Positions 36,834 through 45,633 of a stretch of DNA of 64,000 bases are shown here, in pieces. A program made the position numbers and the translations under genes. Location: the NCBI GenBank assembly GCA_003602535.1, contig QQSA01000078.1, positions 4,405 through 68,404 of the forward strand, read 5' to 3'. Position 1 is the stretch's first letter; the number at the start of each line of letters is the position of its first letter. The notes beneath the pieces were generated by a model. That model did no database searches. It was not told the origin of the DNA and worked only from the letters and a program-made list of their open reading frames with translations. Source of the stretch: Candidatus Poseidoniales archaeon (GTDB lineage Archaea > Thermoplasmatota > Poseidoniia > Poseidoniales > Poseidoniaceae).

Positions 36834-37205
36834 TCACCTTAGTGGTTCAATTAATACAACAGAGCCTTCAGTTCTAGCCATTCCTTGTGCTACTTGCATT
36901 GCTGTATCTAAATCTAAAGTTGCCCCAAGTGTTCTGGGCCCTTCAGATTCATGAACAATTAATCTGTGAGTGAGATGTGTGAGAGTTTCCTGACTGATTC
37001 TTTCGAATACCCATTTCTCATTTTCTATACGTACCATTGCAGGAACTTCGACTAATGGCCCCATATCCGAACCAATAGATTTTGTTCTACCGCTAAGTCC
37101 TTGTAAATCTGCTAAAGGTTTCCAAGATCGTCTCTTGGGCCTCATTGTAACCTTCTTTTCTCGGCTTACGCCTTCTCTAAATGCTCTTCCCATCAGGATC
37201 CCCAT
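36834..37205 (-). CDS. Hypothetical protein (weak, unconfirmed resemblance to small RNA-binding beta-barrel proteins such as RNase P Rpp29)
   Basis: ORF from the track. The basic N-terminus MRPKRRSWKP carries only a weak pattern match. Confidence 0.3.
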   Translation of the reverse strand: MGILMGRAFREGVSREKKVTMRPKRRSWKPLADLQGLSGRTKSIGSDMGPLVEVPAMVRIENEKWVFERISQETLTHLTHRLIVHESEGPRTLGATLDLDTAMQVAQGMARTEGSVVLIEPLR

Positions 37206-37281
37206 CCCTTGGAGAATCGTAATTCTCCAAATCGCATTCGAGTTTTATCCATTCATAAGAGTTGGGGGGACATCCCGATAT

Positions 37282-38220
37282 TCAACCGACTTTTGTGGAG
37301 TTTTTTTCTAGCACCAATGGAGAACTAACCGAAACCATCATCGCGATTAACACTCCTAGCAATACATGGTTTGCCAAATCTGTTTGTAATGTAAGTAGCA
37401 TTGGGCTAAGCGCTATTCCAAAACGCCACCCCCAAGCTTCTGGCCGGGGATGTGAATCGAAACCGAGCAGAGGTAATAGCATCCCTAGTAGACCGATTCC
37501 AGTAACTGCAACTACCAACCATAACGATACTGCAATTGCCCCATTATCACTACCGATTCTATCAACATTAGATATTGAAACATAAGTCAATGCCAAGATG
37601 AATATTATGCCAATTAAAGTCGATGCACCCAGTGCTAAAGAACGGCCTTGGCCACTACCAATTTTAGGATTTATTTTTTGCTCAAAATATGGCATGAACC
37701 CAATCAATATTGCTGATGAAATAATTACTGACAAAATCTCACCATTGAATATCTGAGCTCCTAATTGCAATATGATAATGGTAACAAGCATCAATAAGCT
37801 CATTCTGCCATCAAAGGATACAGAATTGACTAACAATTGTGCGAGTAACAAACCAATAATTACAGCCTTGACAAACTCTTGTAAATTGGATGAAGTAGTA
37901 TATTCATTTACAGACTCATATACTCCTTCCTCTGGATATAATGCCAATAGTAGCAATAAGATAATTCCTCCACTCATTCCATTGAGATATTTTCTAATGC
38001 CGCCACTTTTGATTCGATATTGTATCAAACAACACATGCTCAATACAATCACCAAAACTAATCCTCCTGATTGCTGAATGGAATCGAAAGGGAGTGAGAA
38101 AAATGCTAGACCACAAAGAGCCGCAGTAATGCTTGCCAACCATTCACCTTTCTCGAAAATCGGAGAGATCAGCATGGCCAAAGCGGACAGAAAAGCAAGG
38201 GTGGTCAGTGTTTCTGCCAT
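37282..38220 (-). CDS. Polytopic membrane protein (about 9 TM), function unknown. The ORF-track start 38370 would overlap the divergent methyltransferase gene, so the internal Met at 38220 is preferred.
   Basis: Continuous hydrophobic helices (LTTLAFLSALAMLISPI..., GGLVLVIVLSMCCLI..., GGIILLLLLALYP... and others). Confidence 0.45.
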   Translation of the reverse strand: MAETLTTLAFLSALAMLISPIFEKGEWLASITAALCGLAFFSLPFDSIQQSGGLVLVIVLSMCCLIQYRIKSGGIRKYLNGMSGGIILLLLLALYPEEGVYESVNEYTTSSNLQEFVKAVIIGLLLAQLLVNSVSFDGRMSLLMLVTIIILQLGAQIFNGEILSVIISSAILIGFMPYFEQKINPKIGSGQGRSLALGASTLIGIIFILALTYVSISNVDRIGSDNGAIAVSLWLVVAVTGIGLLGMLLPLLGFDSHPRPEAWGWRFGIALSPMLLTLQTDLANHVLLGVLIAMMVSVSSPLVLEKNSTKVG

Positions 38221-38290
38221 AACACCCCCACGCAGAACTGAGCCATTAGACTTGCACAAGCAAGAAGAGTGAGATACCTGAGCCGCAACC

Positions 38291-39982
38291 ATGGTCCGAC
38301 CAGCCGACGAGGATTTACTCGAAGCGCTAGTTGAGACTCCATTAACTGGTTTAGCCAAAATTCTGGACATAGATATTGAGCGTTGGTTACCAATAGCATC
38401 CTCACCACTACCAATTACAATGCGTGTAACACCTGGAAGGCATGATATTGAATGGACTAGAGAGATGTTAGAATCAATTGGCGGTAAGAGAATTTCTTGG
38501 CTAAATTCAATTGAATCTTGGACTATGCCATTCTCTAAAGGAGATTACCCAGACCAATATTCAAAGAAGATTTTGATGCTATTGCACGAAACTGGAAGAA
38601 TTACTCGGCAGGAAGCGGTTTCGATGCTGCCCCCTGTTGTGCTAGAACCTGAAGATGGGACTCTAGTGATGGACACTTGTGCTGCACCTGGATCGAAAGC
38701 AACGCAACTTTCTGAAGCAGTACCAAATGGTTTGGTTCTTGCAAACGAGCCTTCTTCGGGGAGATTGAACTTGTTAGTCACCAATAGGGGCAGACTTGGC
38801 ATTGAAAACATGTTAATCATGCAACATGATGGAAGGCATATCGGAAGAATGCCTGAACCTGGAGTGGATGGAATAGTAGTAGACGCCCCTTGTAGTGGGT
38901 CAGCAACAACAAGAAAAAATAGAGAATTATGGAATTCTTGGACACCAAAGGTTGGAAGAAGTCTGTTCAAACTTCAAGTCGATATCGCTTACCGTGCAGC
39001 CCAATTACTACGCCCTGGCGGAAAAATAGTTTACTCTACCTGTTCTCTAGATCCCATTGAAAATGAGGCTGTCGTTTGCGAAATCTTGCAAAAATGCCCT
39101 TGGTTAAAGCTTGTAAATATTGATTCGGAAAGGTTGTTTCCGGGACTTATTGTTCATCGCGGAATAGATAATTGGCCTATACTTGATGAGAGTTCAAATA
39201 TTGTAGATTGGCAAGGGCAGATGCCAAAACTTCCTGGATTGTCTGAAGTAATGCTTAATCCAGAACAAAGAGGGGTTGAAGCCCCCGACCTATCTTCAAC
39301 CATCAGAGTTCATCAACACGATAATGACACAGGTGGATTCTTTGTTGCATTATTCGAGCATGTGGCTGAGAGAACTCCTGAGGGAGTTGCTAGGTCGATG
39401 ATATTGAAACGTGAATTGAACAGGGAGCCTGAACAATTACCACGTCAGAATAAAAATAAACATTCTACAGAAATTGCATCACTTGAAACTGTTTCAAAAA
39501 TATGTGACAAATGGGGCATTGACAGGGAGATGTTCACTTGGTGGCAACGTGGAAAAAGAGTTAATCTTTCGAATAAAATCGCTTATGACCGACTGTTCAA
39601 GCCAACCGTGGTAAACAAAAAAGGAGATTTTTGGCCAGGAGAAACATTCCATCCACTGCGCGTAATTCATGTCGGCCAACCAGCGTTCACAGATAACAAA
39701 GGGTTTTGGAGAACTCGTCAAGAGGCGCTTGAATTACTTCGACCGCACATTACTAAGGGATTGATTGAAATTGATGAGGAAACCATGATTTCAATGTTAA
39801 AAGGTCGAGCCCCACTTTGCGAAGACTTCCCTGCTGATGTCGAAAAGGGTTCTTCAATACTGAGATGTGGTGAGTTCCTGCTCCCGGTTTGGATTGCTGC
39901 GAGAGTTTCATTGATGATAGACCAAAAAGAACAAGATATTCTTCGACTTAAGTTAAACATAGAAGAGGAGGAGGAAGAATGA
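38291..39982 (+). CDS. NOL1/NOP2/Sun-family RNA (cytosine-C5)-methyltransferase with a C-terminal extension
   Basis: VMDTCAAPGSKATQL is the SAM motif I. VVDAPCSGSATTRKN is motif IV with the catalytic Cys. KIVYSTCSLDPIENEAVV is motif VI with the TCS Cys. Confidence 0.85.
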   Translation: MVRPADEDLLEALVETPLTGLAKILDIDIERWLPIASSPLPITMRVTPGRHDIEWTREMLESIGGKRISWLNSIESWTMPFSKGDYPDQYSKKILMLLHETGRITRQEAVSMLPPVVLEPEDGTLVMDTCAAPGSKATQLSEAVPNGLVLANEPSSGRLNLLVTNRGRLGIENMLIMQHDGRHIGRMPEPGVDGIVVDAPCSGSATTRKNRELWNSWTPKVGRSLFKLQVDIAYRAAQLLRPGGKIVYSTCSLDPIENEAVVCEILQKCPWLKLVNIDSERLFPGLIVHRGIDNWPILDESSNIVDWQGQMPKLPGLSEVMLNPEQRGVEAPDLSSTIRVHQHDNDTGGFFVALFEHVAERTPEGVARSMILKRELNREPEQLPRQNKNKHSTEIASLETVSKICDKWGIDREMFTWWQRGKRVNLSNKIAYDRLFKPTVVNKKGDFWPGETFHPLRVIHVGQPAFTDNKGFWRTRQEALELLRPHITKGLIEIDEETMISMLKGRAPLCEDFPADVEKGSSILRCGEFLLPVWIAARVSLMIDQKEQDILRLKLNIEEEEEE

Positions 39983-41118
39983 GAGTTTTCGCAATCTTTG
40001 TCGCATTGCTATTCTTGCCTCTTGCTTCGGCACTTTCTGATTTAACAGTATACGCAGAAGGTCATTACGAAAATCAGGAGGAGGCTCCTATACTAGTGGA
40101 ATGGTTTCACGGAGACGAGGACCAAGAGCAACTAAAGGACCTTGTTGAAATGGACAGGAATGGAGAAATTACTCTATTACACTGGAGGACTGGCGCTAAA
40201 GAAGAAGGTGGCGGTTTTCCTGAAGGAGATGCTAATGCAAGGATGATGTCACATGCATTCAATCAAACTCCTGCAGCCGCTATCGATGGATACCCTGAAC
40301 ATATTTCAGACCTAAAACCTAGCGTGAATGTCAATGAAGTAGAGATTGATTGGAATATTGAATTGATAGGATCAACCAGAGTTGAATTACTCAATATTAC
40401 TGCAACTTGGACCAATCCTCATACTCTAAATGGTGCGACTCAAATGCATGTATTCATTATCGAAACTGAAGCGGTAGACGCCAAAGGAAGAATTGTACAC
40501 AATTTAGTGAGGGATTGGGCAACTCAACCAACATCTTTCTACTTCGAAAACAATACTGTAAACGAATGGAATGAAACCATCTCGAGAGATCATTTGGATG
40601 GCGCTGGAATCGATTTAGGAGATGCTAGTCATGCCGATGATTACGAAATTCTACTAGTTATGATTGGAGGATTTGAAAATGATTCTTCACAAAATAGAGT
40701 TCTATCTATTCAAAGAGCTAAATTGCCCACGTACTGGCAATCCGTAGATAAAAGCGCTTCTTTAACACCTGCAATCTTCCTTGGAATTCTAATAATTTGT
40801 ATCGGTTTTATTGTCGCATCCGAAAGAAAGAGAGAATTGGGATTGCCACGTTTAGAAGGATCTTGGGCAGAAAAGGATGTGATTGAATATCGAATAATTG
40901 CTGGTTTTTCAGTGGATATCGGAGACCTAGAGATGGGTGAGGGGTGGAGAGCAAATGGCCGGATTAAGAAGCAAAATATTGCTGCCAATACCACTCACAA
41001 TGGGACATTGAGAGTCAGTGGCAGTGGGATTTTGTCATTGCAATTGGCGGTAAAGGTTGAACAGCTTGGAGATTGGATTCTGGATTTGAATTTGCCAGAT
41101 CCTGAAACGAATGATTGA
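39979..41118 (+). CDS. Hypothetical secreted/membrane-anchored protein (signal peptide plus one TM near residue 260)
   Basis: MRVFAIFVALLFLPLASA is a signal peptide. TM: LTPAIFLGILIICIGFIVA. Confidence 0.45.
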   Translation: MRVFAIFVALLFLPLASALSDLTVYAEGHYENQEEAPILVEWFHGDEDQEQLKDLVEMDRNGEITLLHWRTGAKEEGGGFPEGDANARMMSHAFNQTPAAAIDGYPEHISDLKPSVNVNEVEIDWNIELIGSTRVELLNITATWTNPHTLNGATQMHVFIIETEAVDAKGRIVHNLVRDWATQPTSFYFENNTVNEWNETISRDHLDGAGIDLGDASHADDYEILLVMIGGFENDSSQNRVLSIQRAKLPTYWQSVDKSASLTPAIFLGILIICIGFIVASERKRELGLPRLEGSWAEKDVIEYRIIAGFSVDIGDLEMGEGWRANGRIKKQNIAANTTHNGTLRVSGSGILSLQLAVKVEQLGDWILDLNLPDPETND

Positions 41119-41597
41119 ATAACGGCATCCTTTCGTTCTCAAACATGGTTCTTGATTCGACTGATCGTGCTATAATCGAAGCTCTTTGCCAAGATGCTCG
41201 CTTATCTCAAAGGCAATTAGCTCAAATTGTTGGCGTTGCACAAGGCACCATTACCAACAGATTAAGGAAATTGGAAGAGGATGGAACAATCCAGGGCTAT
41301 TCTCCGATTCTTAGTGCAGAATCTGTAGGTTGGAGCATGACTGTAATGGCGGGGCTGTGCATTGAAAAAGGCAAAATTATGGATGTTCAAAGACACATTT
41401 CTTCCGATTCTCGAGTTTTTAGTGTGTACGATGTAACAGGAGACTGGGATTCGATGGTGCTTGCACGCGTTAAAGACCGAGAGGATCTTGATAATTTGAC
41501 TAAGACTGTTTTCACTCTCGACGGTATTACTCGTTCATACACTCATGTAGTGTTGAATACTGTTAAAGAATCAGGCGTGATACTCCCCGAGGAATGA
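41115..41597 (+). CDS. Lrp/AsnC-family transcriptional regulator (HTH + RAM domain)
   Basis: LDSTDRAIIEALCQDARLSQRQLAQIVGVAQGTITNRLRKLEEDGTIQGY is the HTH_AsnC region. A C-terminal RAM domain follows. Confidence 0.85.
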   Translation: MNNGILSFSNMVLDSTDRAIIEALCQDARLSQRQLAQIVGVAQGTITNRLRKLEEDGTIQGYSPILSAESVGWSMTVMAGLCIEKGKIMDVQRHISSDSRVFSVYDVTGDWDSMVLARVKDREDLDNLTKTVFTLDGITRSYTHVVLNTVKESGVILPEE

Positions 41598-41960
41598 AGG
41601 TAAATCTTCAACACACATTGTATCTGGCTTCATTGCTTTAGATAATGCTCTACGGCATTCATCTGAAGGTTTGATATCCAAACTAGTCATTGAATCCATC
41701 AATTTTCTTTGTAAGCGCCCCCCTGTCCTATCCCAATCCATCAGAACAATGCATGAGCCATATTTTTCGACGATGTAAACCACTACCCTGTCTATTGTCC
41801 AACCACGATTCAATTTCTCTATTGGCCCGGAAAACCCCAATGATCTCAAAGCGGCTTCATCTCTTTTCCCCTCAACTAAAATTACCGTGCCTTCTGCATT
41901 CTCTTCAATGCAAGACTCCAAGGCTCTATTTGCCAATGCATAACGCTGTTCACGATTCAA
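41571..41960 (-). CDS. Small Toprim-domain protein (UPF0292-like)
   Basis: VILVEGKRDEAALRSLGF...IVLMDWDRTGG matches the Toprim E...DxD pattern of small archaeal Toprim proteins. Its 3' end overlaps the convergent Lrp gene by 27 nt. Confidence 0.55.
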   Translation of the reverse strand: MNREQRYALANRALESCIEENAEGTVILVEGKRDEAALRSLGFSGPIEKLNRGWTIDRVVVYIVEKYGSCIVLMDWDRTGGRLQRKLMDSMTSLDIKPSDECRRALSKAMKPDTMCVEDLPSFLGEYHA

Positions 41961-42291
41961 TTAATCCCTCCAAAATCTGAATAATCTCAGTAGATGTTAG
42001 ACCTTTGATACTGATTTTTTTCTGCCTTGTAGTATGCCCAGAAACTACAGAGACTGGAGTTGAGAAAATTTTTGAAAGTACATTACAAACAGCATGATTC
42101 GCCTTCCCTTTTTGCGCTTCGGCTTTGACTGCAACTTGAATTCGCCCCCGCCAATCGTTGAAACCAACAACTCCTTGGCGACTAGATCCGGGTTGAACTT
42201 CAATCTCAACCAAAACGGCACCATCAAGGGTTGTCTGAACACAAGCTGCTAGGCTCACAAAAACTCTGAAACATAGGCAGCACATCAACAA
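41950..42291 (-). CDS. DUF167 (YggU-family) protein
   Basis: AVLVEIEVQPGSSRQGVVGFNDWRGRIQVAVKAEAQKGKANHAVCNVLSKIF...VSVVSGHTTRQKKISIKG matches the YggU consensus (L.V+V.P.A....+.G.....L+V.+.A.P..GKAN..L...LA....V....+.+V.G..SR.K.+.+.G). Confidence 0.6.
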   Translation of the reverse strand: MLMCCLCFRVFVSLAACVQTTLDGAVLVEIEVQPGSSRQGVVGFNDWRGRIQVAVKAEAQKGKANHAVCNVLSKIFSTPVSVVSGHTTRQKKISIKGLTSTEIIQILEGLIES

Positions 42292-42355
42292 ACCTCCCTA
42301 CGGGAGGCGACACCTATACGCAATCGCTTAATACACCCGTCTAACCGCTCGGAGC

Positions 42356-43339
42356 ATGGGCGATTCGCGTGAGCTGTGGCCGGACGAGTATACAGTGTTC
42401 AATATTCTGTATGATAAATTTCTTTTCTGGTCAATAGTTGTCGGCCTGTTCACATTTGCATGGCTCTTAATCGCTGTACTGCGATACAGAGAAGGCATAG
42501 AGCCAGCAGGTAAAGAAGAGATCAAGGTCGGTACATTCCCGAAAGAACGTCACAACTTTGATCTTGAATTGGCTTGGTTCGTTGGACCAACGATTTTGGT
42601 CATATGGGTTACAATACTCGCTTTCGGTTCAATGAACATTGTTTGGGGAGAAGTTGCAGAGTTACAAAACGATGATGATTCATTTACTGTAGAGGTAAAT
42701 GGGCTGCAATGGTACTGGGACTTTTACTACCAGGACCAACTTACATGGGAAGACATGGACACCGGTCATGATGTCACATGGAACATCACATCTGGATTAA
42801 CGATCAACCCAGGACCTGGTGCCGTAACTGCTGATGTCACATACGGGGCTAGCACTGCGAAATTAGATCTTGCAAACAATACTACAATGGATGTTTTATT
42901 CAATGAATTGATATTCCAGAGCGTCGATATTTTAGATGCTGATGGAGACATAGTCCATCGCTGGCAGCACATTCCAGTAGAACACAAAATGAGCGGGGAT
43001 TTGATTATCCCGTGTGATACTAACGTTTTATTCAACATCCATAGTATGAATCCTGAGAGAGAGGCAAACTTTGACCCAACCAGTACATACCAAGGTGTTC
43101 AACATGCATTCTGGCTCCAAGAATGGGGCATGAAAGAAGATGCAGTTCCTGGGCTTGAAGGTGGAACTTGGATGTATGTCCAGCCTAACGAAGCAGGCAC
43201 ATTCCCTATCCGGTGCGCAGAATATTGTGGGAAAGAGCATTCATTGATGTATGGTCAAGTCGAGGTTGTTGCAGTCGAAGGTAAGACCTGTGACGAAGAC
43301 TTCGGTGTTTACTTTGAACATGAGGAGTTGAGAGAATGA
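42356..43339 (+). CDS. coxB: Cytochrome c oxidase subunit II (CuA subunit)
   Basis: Two N-terminal TMs. VNGLQWYWDFYY corresponds to the QWYW(S/T)YEY box. The CuA ligands are present as H...CAEYCGKEHSLMYG. Confidence 0.85.
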   Translation: MGDSRELWPDEYTVFNILYDKFLFWSIVVGLFTFAWLLIAVLRYREGIEPAGKEEIKVGTFPKERHNFDLELAWFVGPTILVIWVTILAFGSMNIVWGEVAELQNDDDSFTVEVNGLQWYWDFYYQDQLTWEDMDTGHDVTWNITSGLTINPGPGAVTADVTYGASTAKLDLANNTTMDVLFNELIFQSVDILDADGDIVHRWQHIPVEHKMSGDLIIPCDTNVLFNIHSMNPEREANFDPTSTYQGVQHAFWLQEWGMKEDAVPGLEGGTWMYVQPNEAGTFPIRCAEYCGKEHSLMYGQVEVVAVEGKTCDEDFGVYFEHEELRE

Positions 43340-45633
43340 GGGGCAGGACCATCGCAGTTCTTGCAATACTCCTAGTTGCGTTAGCATCGACTACAACGTT
43401 CGAAGCTAGACAAAATGGAATCGGTATTGGCGACAATGGATGTTCATGTCACGGTGAAATGACCGGAGATACTGTGATCACTGTAGAAGGCCTTCCAGAT
43501 GTCTTCAACGCTTCTGAAGAATATCTGATTACTCTAACAATTTCAAATGACGATGTTCCAGCGTCAAACCCTGACCAAAATGGTGGATTTAGAATTGTTA
43601 CCTCAGGAGGAGGGCAACTGGAATCTGTTCCAGACATTGATAGAAATGTCGCTAATGATGACGATGGTGGATTAACACACACTTTGGAACTTAACGATAG
43701 AAGAACTTGGGAATTCAAGTGGACTGCTCCTGCAGATGATACCGCAATCGTTGAGTTTACTATCTGGGGCAATGCTGTAAATGGAGATGGTGCAGCAACA
43801 AACGATGACGATTGGAATCGTAAAGATATCTCGGTCATGGGAATCAATGCTAATCCTGCAGCCCCAAGCGCTGCAGCATTAACGATTCTAATGACTGCTA
43901 TCGGTTTAGCTCTTGGATTGATTCTAATCGGCAGCATGTGGGTATTCTACACACGCAACCCTGACACTTTCTCAATTGGTAGTTTCTGGGCTTACCTCAA
44001 ACCTTGGTTAACAACTACGGACCACAAGCAGGTCGGCATTCTGTACTTCTTGTATGGTTTCTTCTTCTTCCTAGTAGGAGGATTGCTGGCGCTATTATTC
44101 CGTATACAGTTGGCGCTACCAGAGAACGATTTCCTTACTCAAGCAGAGTACAACTCATTCTTCACCCTCCACGGAACCACTATGATTTTCTTGGCTGCTA
44201 TGCCAATGATTGCTGGTTTCATGAACTACATCTTGCCACTACAGATTGGTGCTAAAGATCTGGCATTCCCTAGAATTAACGCTCTAGGTTTCTGGCTAAT
44301 TGTGGCTGCTGCTCCATTGATTTTCACTGGAGTTTGGAGTGGAGAGGCTGCTGACATCACATGGGTTATGTATCCTCCATATTCAAGCCTAACAGGGCAA
44401 GCTGGTGGGCCAAACCCTGGAACGATAGCCTTCATTTCCGGTATTGCATTACTTGGTGCTTCTTCGACACTATCAGGTGTCAACTTCGTAACCACTACCT
44501 TCACCATGCGTGCAAAGGGCGTAGGATGGATGAGAATGCCATTATTCACCTGGTCGGTTCTAATCAGCGTTTTCATGCTCTACGTGAGCCTGCCTGCTTT
44601 CGTTATCGGCGTATTCTTCTTATTGTTTGATTCGACTATAGGTACTACTTTCTTCACAGCGGGTGGAGATCCTCTACTGTTCCAGCACCTATTCTGGTTC
44701 TTCGGACATCCGGAGGTATATGTTGTCGTAGTACCTGCATTCGGAATTGTTTCCGAAGTTCTTGCAACAAGTGCAAGGCGTTCTATCTTCGGATACAGAT
44801 CAATGGTTTATGCAATGGTTGGAATCGGAGTAGTAGGATTCATTGTATGGGGACACCACATGCTAACTAGTGGAATGAGTCCTGGCTGGCGTGCTGCTTT
44901 CATGATTACAACTATGGCGGTAGCGATCCCGACTGGTGTGAAGATTTTCAATTGGCTAGCTACTCTGTGGGGAGGAAGTCTGGTATTCAAAACGCACACA
45001 CTTTGGTCGCTTGGATTCCTGATTACATTCACACTTGGTGGATTATCTGGAATGTTCTTCCCTGTTGCAGGACTAGATACGCAATTCCATGACGGATACT
45101 TCGTTGTTGCACACTTCCACTATGTGTTCATCGGAGGTATTATCTTCGCATTATTCTCAGGAATTTACTACTGGTTCCCGAAGGTTACTGGTCGTAAAAT
45201 GGATGAAAAGCTAGGTCTCTGGCACTTCATTATAGCATTCTGTTCATACAATGCTGCATTCTGGCCAATGCACGCCGTAGGAATCATGGGAATGCCTAGA
45301 AGAACACACACATATGCTGTAGATTCTGGATTCGCTGAATTAAACATGGCAATTTCTACATTCGCAATTATATTCGGACTATCTCAATTAATTCTGGTTT
45401 GGAATATTGTTCGCTCAGTAAAGAAGGGCGAAAAGGTCGGAAAGGATCCATGGGGTGGCTGGTCTCTAGAATGGGCAGTAACCTCTCCTCCTCCAACACC
45501 TTCTTTCGATGTAGAGCCTACTCAATTGGATGCAAACGAAGGTGCAGAGCATCATGAAACTAAGTTAGAATCAATATTGCGTTCACCATTCCGGGCGATT
45601 AGTAATCTATGGAATAAGGAGGCGAAAGTATGA
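43336..45633 (+). CDS. coxA: Cytochrome c oxidase subunit I (heme-copper oxidase) with a ~180-aa N-terminal extracytoplasmic extension containing a CxxCH (CSCH) motif
   Basis: Core: GTTMIFLAAMPMIAGFMNYILPLQIGAKDLAFPRINALGFWL; HPEVYVVVVPAFGIVSEV; GHHMLTSGM; YFVVAHFHYVFIGG. Extension: signal peptide MRGRTIAVLAILLVALAS, then NGCSCHGE in an acidic beta-rich domain. Confidence 0.9.
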   Translation: MRGRTIAVLAILLVALASTTTFEARQNGIGIGDNGCSCHGEMTGDTVITVEGLPDVFNASEEYLITLTISNDDVPASNPDQNGGFRIVTSGGGQLESVPDIDRNVANDDDGGLTHTLELNDRRTWEFKWTAPADDTAIVEFTIWGNAVNGDGAATNDDDWNRKDISVMGINANPAAPSAAALTILMTAIGLALGLILIGSMWVFYTRNPDTFSIGSFWAYLKPWLTTTDHKQVGILYFLYGFFFFLVGGLLALLFRIQLALPENDFLTQAEYNSFFTLHGTTMIFLAAMPMIAGFMNYILPLQIGAKDLAFPRINALGFWLIVAAAPLIFTGVWSGEAADITWVMYPPYSSLTGQAGGPNPGTIAFISGIALLGASSTLSGVNFVTTTFTMRAKGVGWMRMPLFTWSVLISVFMLYVSLPAFVIGVFFLLFDSTIGTTFFTAGGDPLLFQHLFWFFGHPEVYVVVVPAFGIVSEVLATSARRSIFGYRSMVYAMVGIGVVGFIVWGHHMLTSGMSPGWRAAFMITTMAVAIPTGVKIFNWLATLWGGSLVFKTHTLWSLGFLITFTLGGLSGMFFPVAGLDTQFHDGYFVVAHFHYVFIGGIIFALFSGIYYWFPKVTGRKMDEKLGLWHFIIAFCSYNAAFWPMHAVGIMGMPRRTHTYAVDSGFAELNMAISTFAIIFGLSQLILVWNIVRSVKKGEKVGKDPWGGWSLEWAVTSPPPTPSFDVEPTQLDANEGAEHHETKLESILRSPFRAISNLWNKEAKV

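Noticed and set aside
37282-38370. Possible archaeosortase (ArtA) identity for the polytopic membrane protein, given two PGF-CTERM cargos in the window
   Set aside because: I could not recognise the conserved Cys/Arg exosortase-family motifs by eye, so there is no support beyond context.
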